A stretch of 64,000 bases of DNA from NCBI GenBank assembly GCA_963745475.1, contig CAVUXN010000004.1, positions 32,001-96,000 on the forward strand, in the 5' to 3' direction. The position numbers and the translations under genes are program-made. Below the pieces are notes generated by a model. That model saw only the letters and a program-made list of their open reading frames with translations, was not told where the DNA came from and did not search any database. This document shows, one piece after another, positions 47,314 through 56,483 of this stretch. How positions within the stretch are numbered: the first letter of the stretch is position 1; each line of letters starts with the position of its first letter. Origin of the DNA: an uncultured delta proteobacterium. GTDB taxonomy: Bacteria; Myxococcota; Myxococcia; Myxococcales; Myxococcaceae.

Positions 47314-48035
47314 TCCGCTTCCTCGGCCGGCGGAAGCACGGCCGGGGCCGGCGTCTGGCGCTTGTCGCTCTGGAGCCGCCCGTCTTTGAGGACCACCACT
47401 CGGCCGGCGAAGGTGGAGACGTCCGGCTCGTGGGTGACCAGCACCACCGTAATGCCGCTACGGCCGAGCTCCTGGAAGAGCGCCATGACTTCCACGCTGG
47501 TGCGCGAGTCCAGGTTGCCAGTGGGTTCGTCGGCAAGGATGACGCGCGGGTCGTTCACCAAAGCCCGGGCGATGGCCACCCGCTGCTGCTGGCCGCCGGA
47601 GAGTTGGCTCGGCGTGTGGTCCATGCGGTCGCCCAGCCCCACCCGCTCCAGAGACTGTCGGGCCCGCGCGTGTCGCTCGTGCCGACTCAGGCCGGCGTAC
47701 AACAGCGGCAGCTCCACGTTTTCCAAAGCGGACGTCCGCGACAGGAGGTTGAAGCTCTGAAACACGAAGCCCAGGGTGCGGTTTCGAATGCCGGCCAGTT
47801 GGTCGCGCGTGAACCCGGAGACTTCCATCCCGTCCAGCCAGTAGCGCCCACGCGTCGGCCGGTCCAGGCAGCCGATAATGTTCATCGCCGTCGACTTCCC
47901 AGAGCCGGAATGCCCCATCACCGCGACGAATTCGCCCTTTTCGATGACAAGCGAGACGCCGCGCAGCGCCCGCACCTCGACGTCCCCCATTTGGTACGTC
48001 TTGGTGACGTCCTCGAGCGCGATGAGTGACGACAT
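47310..48035 (-). CDS. MacB/LolD-like ABC ATP-binding protein
   Basis: GHSGSGKST, LSGGQQQRVAIARAL and ADEPTGNLD motifs. Confidence 0.95.
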   Translation of the reverse strand: MSSLIALEDVTKTYQMGDVEVRALRGVSLVIEKGEFVAVMGHSGSGKSTAMNIIGCLDRPTRGRYWLDGMEVSGFTRDQLAGIRNRTLGFVFQSFNLLSRTSALENVELPLLYAGLSRHERHARARQSLERVGLGDRMDHTPSQLSGGQQQRVAIARALVNDPRVILADEPTGNLDSRTSVEVMALFQELGRSGITVVLVTHEPDVSTFAGRVVVLKDGRLQSDKRQTPAPAVLPPAEEAE

Positions 48036-48041
48036 GTGCGT

Positions 48042-49418
48042 CTAGAAGAGACGCCGTGGAGGCCCGCCCGCCGTGCCTGGCGCCGGTGAGCTGGCGATGC
48101 CGGTGATGACCAGGTCCCCGGGCTTCAGCGCTCCCTCAGTCACCTCGCTCAAGGTGCCGTCGGTGACGCCGGTGGTGATGTGCACCGGCATGGGCTTCCC
48201 CTCGCGAAGGACCCACACCGTCTTCTTTCCTTCGGTCACCACGGCGGCGGCGGCCGACGGTGTGCGCGCGGGGGCTCCGCCGGCTGTTCCTCCACCTCGA
48301 GGGCCATTGGTTCCACTGGCCCCTGAAGCGCCAGGGCCGGCTCCCGCGCCGCGGCCTCCCCCGGGGCGGGCGCCGCCGAGCGCGGCCAACATCTCCGCCG
48401 GTGGGTGGAAGCGCAGCGCCGCGTTGGGCACTCGGATGGCGTCCTGGCGCTCGGCATACACGACGGTGCTGTTGGCGGTCATCCCCGGCTTGAGCTTCAA
48501 GTCCGGGTTCAAAACGTCGATGACCGCGTCGTAGGTGACGACGTTTTGCACCGTCTGCGGCGCGTTTCGAATTTGGCGGATGTGGCCAGAGAATTTCTCG
48601 TTGGGGTAGGCATCGACGAGGAAGGTGGCGTCCATCCCGTCGTGCAGCTTCCCGACGTCCGCCTCGGCCACCGAGGTGTCGACCTGCATTTTTCTCAAGT
48701 CCTGAGCGATGGTGAACAGGGTGGGCGCGGACAGGGAGGAAGCCACCGTTTGGCCGACGTCGATGCTGCGGGAGATGACGACGCCGTCGATGGGAGAATA
48801 AATGTTGGTGTACTTGAGGTTCTCCTCGGCTTGCTTGAGCGCCGCCTTGGCCTGCTCCAGCTGTCCTTTGGCCGTGCCCGTCTGCGCCACCGCAGCCCGC
48901 CAGGTGGCCTCGGCCGTGTCCAAGTCCGCCTGAGACATGAGGTCGCGTTGTTTCAGCACCACCGTTCGGTCGTATTGCCGCTTGGCATCCACGTCCTGAA
49001 CGATGGCTTTGTCGACTTGGGCTTTGGCCGCCACCCAGTTGGCATGCGCCTGGTCGACACCGGCCTGGTAGAGTACCGGGTCGAGCTGGGTGATGAGCTG
49101 TCCCTTCTTCACCGGAGAATTGAAGTCGACTGTGATTTTTGTGATTTGGCCGCTCACCTGCGCGCCGACTTGGACAGTCACCAACGCCGAGAGGACACCG
49201 GTGGCGGTGATGCGCGCGATGACCGGACCTTTGTCCACCGTGGCCGTCTCATAGTTGAGCGGCGGCGGCCGCCGCAGGACCACCCATCCTCCAGCGGCGG
49301 CGATGGCGACGACGGCTCCCACCAGCGGCCAACGCCAGCGACGGAAGCGAGCAGCCACGCTGGGCGTTTCGGCAATGAGGCCAGGGAGTGTGGCCGAGGA
49401 GCTTTCTGAAGCATTCAC
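48042..49418 (-). CDS. MacA-like periplasmic adaptor
   Basis: N-terminal TM; VQVGAQVSG, IYSPIDGVV, GQTVASS and LKPGMTA motifs; start GTG 49418 or TTG 49448. Confidence 0.92.
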   Translation of the reverse strand: MNASESSSATLPGLIAETPSVAARFRRWRWPLVGAVVAIAAAGGWVVLRRPPPLNYETATVDKGPVIARITATGVLSALVTVQVGAQVSGQITKITVDFNSPVKKGQLITQLDPVLYQAGVDQAHANWVAAKAQVDKAIVQDVDAKRQYDRTVVLKQRDLMSQADLDTAEATWRAAVAQTGTAKGQLEQAKAALKQAEENLKYTNIYSPIDGVVISRSIDVGQTVASSLSAPTLFTIAQDLRKMQVDTSVAEADVGKLHDGMDATFLVDAYPNEKFSGHIRQIRNAPQTVQNVVTYDAVIDVLNPDLKLKPGMTANSTVVYAERQDAIRVPNAALRFHPPAEMLAALGGARPGGGRGAGAGPGASGASGTNGPRGGGTAGGAPARTPSAAAAVVTEGKKTVWVLREGKPMPVHITTGVTDGTLSEVTEGALKPGDLVITGIASSPAPGTAGGPPRRLF

Positions 49419-49525
49419 AGAGACATCACCTTGTGTTGTGCCACCCAATAATCCACCGGAGAGAGAAAGACACCCCAGGGGCGAAACCGTTAGAATTCTG
49501 AGGTAGGCTATGGTCTATCCTCCCC

Positions 49526-50488
49526 ATGATTCTTCGCTATCCCGCCGACCGGCGCACCATGGCCTGGGCCATGGCCATGCCCCTGGTCGCCCTTACTCCC
49601 TACGCTTGGCCGTCGCTGGCCACCTGGCTCTGGCCGGTGAGCTGTTATTTGGCTCTCGCCGCCGGCGTCGTCGCGCATAACCACAACCACTGTCAGACCT
49701 TCAAGAACCGCAGGCTGAATTCAATTTTCGGTCAGTTCCTGAGCGTCTTCTACGGCTACCCGACGTTTGCTTGGGTGCCCACCCACAACCTCAACCATCA
49801 CAAATTCGTCAACCGGATTGGCGACGCCACCATTACTTGGCGCTACACGAATGCCCACCACTTCCCGATGGCATTCGCCTTCCCGTTCATCGCCAGCGTC
49901 TTTCAGGCCACGCCCACCAACGAGTACATCCGCAAGGCGAAGGCCACCAAGCCCGCGCTCTACCGGGAGATTGTTCGCCAGTACTCCAGCTTCGTCGGCA
50001 TCCACGTCGGGCTCGTCCTGCTCGCCGTCGGCCTACATGGCTGGGCGGGTGGCATGCGGCTGTGGCTCCTGATGTTCGCCGTCCCGGGCGTGTTTGCGTT
50101 GTGGACCATCATGTTCTTCAACTACATCCAGCACGTCCACACCGACCCCTGGAGCGACCACGACCATTCGCGCACCTTCACCGGCCGGAGCCTCAACTTC
50201 TTCCTCTTCAACAACGGGCTCCACACCGCGCACCACGAGACACCGGGAGCCCACTGGAGCGCCCTCCCGGCTCTGCATGCCAAGCTGGCGGCGAAAATCC
50301 ATCCCGAGCTCGTGCAGAGCGACTTCTGGGGATGGTGCGCCCGGAGCTACCTGCTCGCGCCCATCTTCCCCTCCTTCGGCACCCGCCAAATTGGCCGGGC
50401 GCCCTTCGATGACCCTTCGCTGGTGGACGGCTTGGTGACGGCTTCCGTCGAAGCCAGCGAGTCCGGCGTCAACGCGGCTCGGGTCTGA
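49526..50488 (+). CDS. Membrane fatty acid desaturase
   Basis: His boxes HNHNH, HNLNHH and NNGLHTAHH. Confidence 0.9.
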   Translation: MILRYPADRRTMAWAMAMPLVALTPYAWPSLATWLWPVSCYLALAAGVVAHNHNHCQTFKNRRLNSIFGQFLSVFYGYPTFAWVPTHNLNHHKFVNRIGDATITWRYTNAHHFPMAFAFPFIASVFQATPTNEYIRKAKATKPALYREIVRQYSSFVGIHVGLVLLAVGLHGWAGGMRLWLLMFAVPGVFALWTIMFFNYIQHVHTDPWSDHDHSRTFTGRSLNFFLFNNGLHTAHHETPGAHWSALPALHAKLAAKIHPELVQSDFWGWCARSYLLAPIFPSFGTRQIGRAPFDDPSLVDGLVTASVEASESGVNAARV

Positions 50489-50552
50489 CTCTCCGAGCTC
50501 CCCTCACCGAGCTCAGCGTTGAGGTGCGTCGCTCGCTCCTACCCGGCAGGAC

Positions 50553-51572
50553 CTAGGCGGGCTGCGTCCGCGAGCGGAGCAGGGCGACAATCTCCGGCGA
50601 ACTCTTCGGACGTACCGTGTCGAGTTCGACGTAGAAACGTGACAGCAGCCGGTACTGCCGCGTCATGAGCAGCGCCCAGATGCTGAAGTAGTCGAGCTTC
50701 CGGAAGACAATCGCTCCCTCAGCGCGGTAGCGCTCGACGTTTTCAAGAAAGTCTCCAGGCATGTCCGTCCAGTGCAGCGTGGGCTTCACATGGTGGCCAA
50801 TGTGGTAGCCGTCGTTGAAGCACTTGCGGTTGTAGCTCGCGTTCACGCAAGTGATGCTGTTGCGGTACGGGTTTTCCGGAGTTGCGACCGCGATGAAGGC
50901 GTGCTGCGCCCAGTTGCCGGCCATCATCGAAACGCGGGTGAAGCAGAATGGGATGATGAACACCGAGAGCGTCGGCCAAAAGCGCCACCAGGCCAGTGCC
51001 CCGACCAAGAGGTAGAAGCTGAGCTCGCCGACCCAAAAGCGCCGGAGCAGCTTGTAGCGTTTCTTGCTCCAGTGGTAGCGCGTCAGCTCTGCCCACCCGA
51101 GGAGGAAGAAGCGCAGGAAGTAGGCAGTGAAGTGAAGGATGCTGTCGCGCCGAAAGCGAAGCGTCGAGCTTAAGTCATCGGCGAGGTTATTCTCGGCGTG
51201 GTGCATTCCCACGTGGTGGGCGAAGTACGAGTCCGGCGTCTCGCCGAAAAACGGCCCCAGCGCCCACGGGATGAAAGCATTCAGCGCGCGGAACCGTCGC
51301 TTGAAGAGGGGCCGGTGGGACGTGTTGTGCAACATGAGAACGAAGGGGCCGAGAAGCACCAGGCTGTTTAAAACGAAGTACGCCAGTGCGAGCCACCAGC
51401 GGTACACGCCCGGCAGGTAGAGGAAGACGGCGAAAGGGATGTTGAGAAGGAGAAGCTTCAGCGACAGGCGGACGAAGGGAAGGTCTCGCTCGTCATTGAG
51501 GTACGGCAAGGCGAACCTCTCCCAAGAAGAGAACGCTGCCTGGGGGCTGTAAACCGGGTCCGTCAGCTGCAT
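50553..51572 (-). CDS. Membrane fatty acid desaturase
   Basis: His boxes LHNTSH, HHVGMHH and NDGYHIGHH; the real start is probably MQLTDP. Confidence 0.88.
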   Translation of the reverse strand: MQLTDPVYSPQAAFSSWERFALPYLNDERDLPFVRLSLKLLLLNIPFAVFLYLPGVYRWWLALAYFVLNSLVLLGPFVLMLHNTSHRPLFKRRFRALNAFIPWALGPFFGETPDSYFAHHVGMHHAENNLADDLSSTLRFRRDSILHFTAYFLRFFLLGWAELTRYHWSKKRYKLLRRFWVGELSFYLLVGALAWWRFWPTLSVFIIPFCFTRVSMMAGNWAQHAFIAVATPENPYRNSITCVNASYNRKCFNDGYHIGHHVKPTLHWTDMPGDFLENVERYRAEGAIVFRKLDYFSIWALLMTRQYRLLSRFYVELDTVRPKSSPEIVALLRSRTQPA

Positions 51573-51727
51573 GGGGACAGGAAAGATGGGGCACATACGC
51601 CGAGGCGAAGCGCAACAGTGGCCGGGCGTCTTTCTTGAAAGACATGACCTGGCCCTGACCGTTGCGGCCTTTTGTGGCGGCTCCGGTCGCGAAATGCAGG
51701 GCTTCCCCGATTGAAGCGTCCTCGCGC

Positions 51728-52501
51728 CTAGCGCTTCCTGGCCCAGGACAGCCGCAGGACCCGCTCCCAGCGGGCACCGCCGTGCTGCTCGGCAAGCGTG
51801 CGAGCATCGGCCAGCAGCACCTCCATTCGCGCGGCGCCCAACGCCGGCCCGAGGTAGGAGAGCGAGCGAAGCACCGCCTGGAAGGCCTCCGGTGAAAGCT
51901 CCACGGAATGGACGAGCTCGACCACCTTCAAGCTCGTCCCGCCGCTGGCGAGTGCGACCCATTGCCGAACCCGTCCGGCCGCTTGCGGACGACGCTGCGG
52001 GTTGGCCTTCCGCAACAGGGACTCCAGAGCGCGCATGAAGGGAGTGTCGGCCGGGCGCGGCTCCACCGCAGCGGCCGTGCCGCCCAGTGCCAGGAGGCGC
52101 TGGGCCTCCTTTCCCGCGGCCTCTGGGTCCACCCACTGCGCTGCGTCCGCCAGTAACACCAAGTCTGCGCAGTCTGACGGAAGGCCAGTGGACTCCGCAG
52201 GTGCATTCACCAGGGCCACCTGCAGGCCTCTTGTGCGCTCGGCACACACCGCGAGCATGGCGCTCGCCGGTTCCACGGCAACCACCTGCGCGCCCGCGCG
52301 GGCGAGAGGCTCCGAGAGGAGGCCCGTCCCGGCGCCCAAGTCGACGACGCGGGAAGAAGGCGGAACGAGGGCGAGAAGACGCGCCACCAATTCATCCGGG
52401 TAGCCGGGACGCGCGCGGTAGGCGTCGGCCAGGCGCTCAAAAACACGGGGAGGAGGGCGTCGCGTCACCTGTGGGCACTGGGGGACATAGACGAGGCGCA
52501 C
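51728..52501 (-). CDS. Class I SAM-dependent methyltransferase
   Basis: YRARPGYP, VVDLGAGTG, AVEP..AML and AESTGL motifs; start uncertain. Confidence 0.88.
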   Translation of the reverse strand: MRLVYVPQCPQVTRRPPPRVFERLADAYRARPGYPDELVARLLALVPPSSRVVDLGAGTGLLSEPLARAGAQVVAVEPASAMLAVCAERTRGLQVALVNAPAESTGLPSDCADLVLLADAAQWVDPEAAGKEAQRLLALGGTAAAVEPRPADTPFMRALESLLRKANPQRRPQAAGRVRQWVALASGGTSLKVVELVHSVELSPEAFQAVLRSLSYLGPALGAARMEVLLADARTLAEQHGGARWERVLRLSWARKR

Positions 52502-52546
52502 GGCTGAGAGCTAGATGCCCTGAGAGGTGAAAGGCCCAGGCCTCCC

Positions 52547-53314
52547 ATGAATTTGCTGCTCCTCGACGCCTCGGACGTCCGCGAGGACGGGACGGCGGAG
52601 CTCCAAGGAAGGGCCGCTCGCCATGTCCACGAGGTCCTGCGAGCCAAGGCGGGTGATGTTTTGCGCGTGGGGAAGCTGGGCGGCGCCATGGGCTCGGCCG
52701 AAGTGCTGCGCTGCGAGCCGGCGGCGGTCCTTTTGCGCGTAACGCTCGAGTCTCCACCGCCACCGCGGCCCGGTGTGGACGTCCTCCTCGCCGTCCCGAG
52801 GCCCAAAGTGTTGCGGCGCCTCCTCGCCTCTGCCGCCGCGCTGGGCGTGGATAGACTCGTCCTCCTCAATGCAGCCCGAGTGGAGAAAAGCTACTTCTCT
52901 TCGCCGGTGCTGACTCCAGTCCGGACTGCCCGCGCCCTCACCGACGGCCTGGAGCAGGCCCAGGACACCCAAGCGCCCGTCGTCCAAATCGCCGAGCGCT
53001 TCCGTCCCTTCGTGGAGGACGCCCTGGACGGCTTTCTGGGCCCCTCCACGCGTCTTCTCCTCGACCCGTCGGAAGAGGCCTTCACGCCCGAAGTGCCCCC
53101 CAAAGGCCGTGTGGCGCTGGCCATCGGCCCCGAAGGGGGCTGGGTCCCCTTCGAGCGGGAGCTTCTCAAAGTACAAGGGTTTGTCCCGGTGTCCTTCGGG
53201 CCCCGGACGCTGAGGGTGGAAGCGGTGCTTCCCTACGCCCTCGGCTGGCTGCATGGGATTCGCCCCCGAGGCATCAGACATGGGAAAGTTTCTCCCTCGG
53301 GGGCTGTTCCCTGA
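52547..53314 (+). CDS. rsmE: 16S rRNA m3U1498 methyltransferase
   Basis: HVHEVLR, PRPKVLRR, RVEKSY, IGPEGG and GPRTLRVE motifs. Confidence 0.9.
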   Translation: MNLLLLDASDVREDGTAELQGRAARHVHEVLRAKAGDVLRVGKLGGAMGSAEVLRCEPAAVLLRVTLESPPPPRPGVDVLLAVPRPKVLRRLLASAAALGVDRLVLLNAARVEKSYFSSPVLTPVRTARALTDGLEQAQDTQAPVVQIAERFRPFVEDALDGFLGPSTRLLLDPSEEAFTPEVPPKGRVALAIGPEGGWVPFERELLKVQGFVPVSFGPRTLRVEAVLPYALGWLHGIRPRGIRHGKVSPSGAVP

Positions 53315-53326
53315 AAGGTCTCCACC

Positions 53327-54819
53327 ATGGCCCACCCACCTCCTCCACCCGCCGAACCGATGAAGGTGCCCAGCCCGGCGCCCGAGGCCCCGAAGCCCAG
53401 CACCAGCTACGACAGCGCGCCGCCCCAGGCGCTCTTGGACTTCATGGTGCAACGCTGGCGTCCCGCGTCAGGCAAGGCGCCGCGGCCGCTGCCGCACCAT
53501 GCGGCTTTTGCCGCGCGACGGCGTGCGCTCTCCCGGCTCTTCCCAGGGGAGACGCTGGTCGTCCCCACCGGCCAGGAGAAGGTGCGCAGCAATGACACCG
53601 TCTACCGCTTCCGGCCGGGCAGCGACTTCTATTACCTCACCGGCAACGTCGAGCCGGACTGCGTGCTCGTCATGCAACCCGCAGACGGCGGCGGGCACCG
53701 GGACGTCCTCTTCGTCGAGCCCAACCCCGGCCGGAGCGACTCCACGTTCTTCACCGACCGGATGAAGGGTGAGCTCTGGGTGGGACCACGCCTGGGCGTC
53801 GCGCAGAGCCTCGCGCGCTACCGCGTGGACGAGTGCGCCGCTGGGCGAGCTCAAGGCCTCCCTTTCGTCTCTGCATGGCGCGGCGACGCGGCCCTGGCGC
53901 GTCATCCGCGCCATCAGCCGGACGGTGGACGCCGCCCTGCCGGACCAGGGGGCGCGCGACAAGGAGCTCGCCACGGCGCTCGCCGAGATGCGCCTCTTCA
54001 AGGACGCACAGGAGATCCGCGAGCTCTCCGCGGCCATCGCCTCCACCCACCGCGGCTTCGAGGACGTCATCCAGTCTCTGCGCGGCGCGCAGAGCGAGCG
54101 CGAGGTGGAGGGCGTCTTCAACCTGCGCGCTCGCGTCGAGGGCAACGACGTCGGCTACGGCACCATCGCCGCCTCCGGCGCCCACGCCTGCATCCTCCAC
54201 TGGACGCGGAACGACGGCCCGCTGCAGAGGGGCGAGCTCCTGCTGTCTCGACGCCGGCGTCGAGGGCAACTCGCTCTACACCGCCGACATCACCCGCACG
54301 CTGCCCATCTCCGGGAGGTTTTCCCGCGAGCAGCGCCAGATCTACGAGCTCGTCCACGCCGCCCAGGCGGCGGCCTTCGCCGCGGTGCAAGCCCGGGCAA
54401 CGACTTCATGGAGCCCAACCGCGCGGCCATGCGTGTCCTCGCCCGAGGCCTCGAGGAGCTCGGCATCCTCGAGGAGCGCCGACGACGCGCTCGCCGACGA
54501 GCACCAGTTCTACAAGCGCTACTCGCTCCACAACGTGAGCCACATGCTGGGCCTCGACGTCCACGACTGCGCCCAGGCGCGGCAGGAGGTCTACAAGTTC
54601 GGCAAGCTCAAGCCGGGCATGGTGCTCACCGTCGAGCCCGGCCTCTACTTCCAGGTGGACGACCTCACCGTCCCGGAGCCGTACCGCGGCATCGGCGTGC
54701 GCATCGAGGACGACGTTCTGGTGACAGCCAAGGGCATGCGCAACCTCTCCCGCGCCATTCCCAGCGAGGCCGGCGCGGTCGAGGCCTGGATGTCCAAAGT
54801 GTGGAAATCGCGCCGGTGA
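53327..54819 (+). CDS. pepP: Xaa-Pro aminopeptidase with about five +1 frameshifts (probable sequence errors)
   Basis: Motifs spread over three frames: RSNDTVYRFRP, ILHW, LDAG, ADITRT, HMLGLDVHD, TVEPGLYF, GVRIEDD. Confidence 0.88.
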
Positions 54820-54841
54820 CATGTAGGCCGAGGCCTCAGGC

Positions 54842-54871
54842 TTGACAGCACGAGCGGGCGCTCGTTACGGT
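54842..54871 (+). promoter_or_regulatory. sigma70-like promoter of the met operon leader
   Basis: Perfect TTGACA, 18-nt spacer, TACGGT; ends 9 nt before ATG 54881. Confidence 0.7.
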
Positions 54872-54880
54872 CGTCAGCGA

Positions 54881-54988
54881 ATGAAGTTCTCGTCCACCCG
54901 GATGTCGATGTCCTGCGAGGCCATGCTCATGCGTGGCCCGGGCATGCGCGCGTCCGTGGGCGGGTGCTGTTGCGGCTGTCGTCAGTAA
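54881..54988 (+). CDS. Met/Cys-rich leader peptide MKFSSTRMSMSCEAMLMRGPGMRASVGGCCCGCRQ (35 aa; not in ORF track)
   Basis: Translated by hand: 6 Met and 5 Cys; lies between the promoter and a terminator-like structure upstream of metY. Confidence 0.8.
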   Translation: MKFSSTRMSMSCEAMLMRGPGMRASVGGCCCGCRQ

Positions 54989-55073
54989 GCCGCTCTCCCA
55001 TCAGCGAACCGCCGCAGTCCCGGGCACCCTGATTCGAGGCGGCCCGCCTCGACGGTTCGCAACGCGGCTTTTT
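54987..55073 (+). terminator. Attenuator-like nested stem-loop ending in a U tract
   Basis: AAGCCGC/GCGGCTT, GCGAACCG/CGGTTCGC and TCGAGGCG/CGCCTCGA stems; T5 at 55069-55073. Confidence 0.6.
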
Positions 55074-55164
55074 CAAAAAAGCGACTCGTCCTGCAGTGGG
55101 TCCCCTCGCACTTTCCCGTCGAGAGCTCTCCACCGCTGTCAGAAACCCACAAGGACGTGTCGCC

Positions 55165-56454
55165 ATGTCAGAAGAAAAAAAGCCGAACTACCGCCCCGAG
55201 ACGCTGGCCCTGCATGCCGGCTTCCAGTTCGACGCCACCACCGGCTCGCGGGCAGTCCCCATCTACCAGACCACCAGTTACCGCTTCCGCGATGCGGACC
55301 ATGCGGCCGCCCTCTTCGGCTTGAAGGAGTTCGGCAACATCTACAGCCGCATCATGAACCCCACCAACGACGTGCTCGAGCAGCGCATCGCTGCGCTCGA
55401 GGGCGGCGTCGCGGCTCTGGCAGTGGCCAGTGGGCAAGCGGCGGAGACGCTGACGCTGCTCACCCTGCTCAAGTCCGGAGACGAGATTGTCTCGGCAAGC
55501 AGCCTCTACGGCGGCACCTACAACCTCTTCAAGGTGACCCTCCCCAGGCTCGGCATTCGGACAAAGTTCGTCGAAATTGGGCAACACGACGCGGTGAAGG
55601 CCGCCATCGGCCCTAAGACACGCGCGCTGTACGCGGAGACCCTGGGTAACCCGCGGCTGGACGTGGCTGACTTGGAAGCGCTGGGCAGTATCGCCAAGGC
55701 CGCCGGCATCCCCTTCGTCGTCGACAACACCGCCACCACTCCGGCGCTGGTGCAGCCGCTGAAGCACGGGGCGAACATCGTCGTCCACTCGGCAACCAAG
55801 TACATCGGTGGCCATGGCCAGGCCATCGGCGGCCTCATCGTCGACGGCGGGAATTTCCCGTGGGACAACGGAAAATTCCCGGAATTCACAGACCCCAACC
55901 CCGGCTACCACGGGCTCAAGTTGTGGGAAGCGTTCCAAAACCTCTCTTTCATTCTGAAGGCTCGGGTGGAAACGCTGCGCGACCTCGGGCCTGCGTTGAG
56001 CCCCTTCAACGCCCACGCCTTCATCAACGGCCTCGAGACGTTGCACCTGAGGGTGAAACGCCACGGTGAGAATGCCCTCCACGTCGCGCGCTGGCTACAG
56101 AAGGACAGCCGCGTGGCCTGGGTTCGCTACCCCGGCCTGGAGACGGACCCGGCGCATGCTCTGGCCCGCAAGTACTTCGACGGTGGCTTCGGTGGCCTGG
56201 TGGCCTTCGGGGTGAAGGGCGGCTTCGAAGCGGGCAAGGCGCTCATCAACCGCGTGAAACTGTGGAGCCTCCTGGCCAACATTGGCGACGCGCGCTCACT
56301 CATCATCCACCCCGCCTCCACCACCCACCAGCAGCTCACGCCCGAGGAGCAACACTCCACCGGCGTCAGCGAGGACTTGGTTCGGCTCTCGGTGGGCCTC
56401 GAGCACCCGGACGACATCCTCCAGGACTTGGACCAGGCGCTGGGCACGCGCTGA
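55165..56454 (+). CDS. metY: O-acetylhomoserine aminocarboxypropyltransferase (sulfhydrylase)
   Basis: PIYQTTSY, GNIYSRIMNPT, HSATKYIGGHG (PLP Lys), LANIGDARSLIIHPASTTH. Confidence 0.95.
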   Translation: MSEEKKPNYRPETLALHAGFQFDATTGSRAVPIYQTTSYRFRDADHAAALFGLKEFGNIYSRIMNPTNDVLEQRIAALEGGVAALAVASGQAAETLTLLTLLKSGDEIVSASSLYGGTYNLFKVTLPRLGIRTKFVEIGQHDAVKAAIGPKTRALYAETLGNPRLDVADLEALGSIAKAAGIPFVVDNTATTPALVQPLKHGANIVVHSATKYIGGHGQAIGGLIVDGGNFPWDNGKFPEFTDPNPGYHGLKLWEAFQNLSFILKARVETLRDLGPALSPFNAHAFINGLETLHLRVKRHGENALHVARWLQKDSRVAWVRYPGLETDPAHALARKYFDGGFGGLVAFGVKGGFEAGKALINRVKLWSLLANIGDARSLIIHPASTTHQQLTPEEQHSTGVSEDLVRLSVGLEHPDDILQDLDQALGTR

Positions 56455-56483
56455 ACACGCGGCCTTTGAGAGAAGCGCCAGCC

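Noticed and set aside
54989..55164. SAM riboswitch or T-box upstream of metY
   Set aside because: I could not find the SAM-I/IV core (AUCxAGAG, GCAACC, GUGC) or a T-box consensus by eye; the Met/Cys uORF explains the leader better. An Rfam scan was not run.
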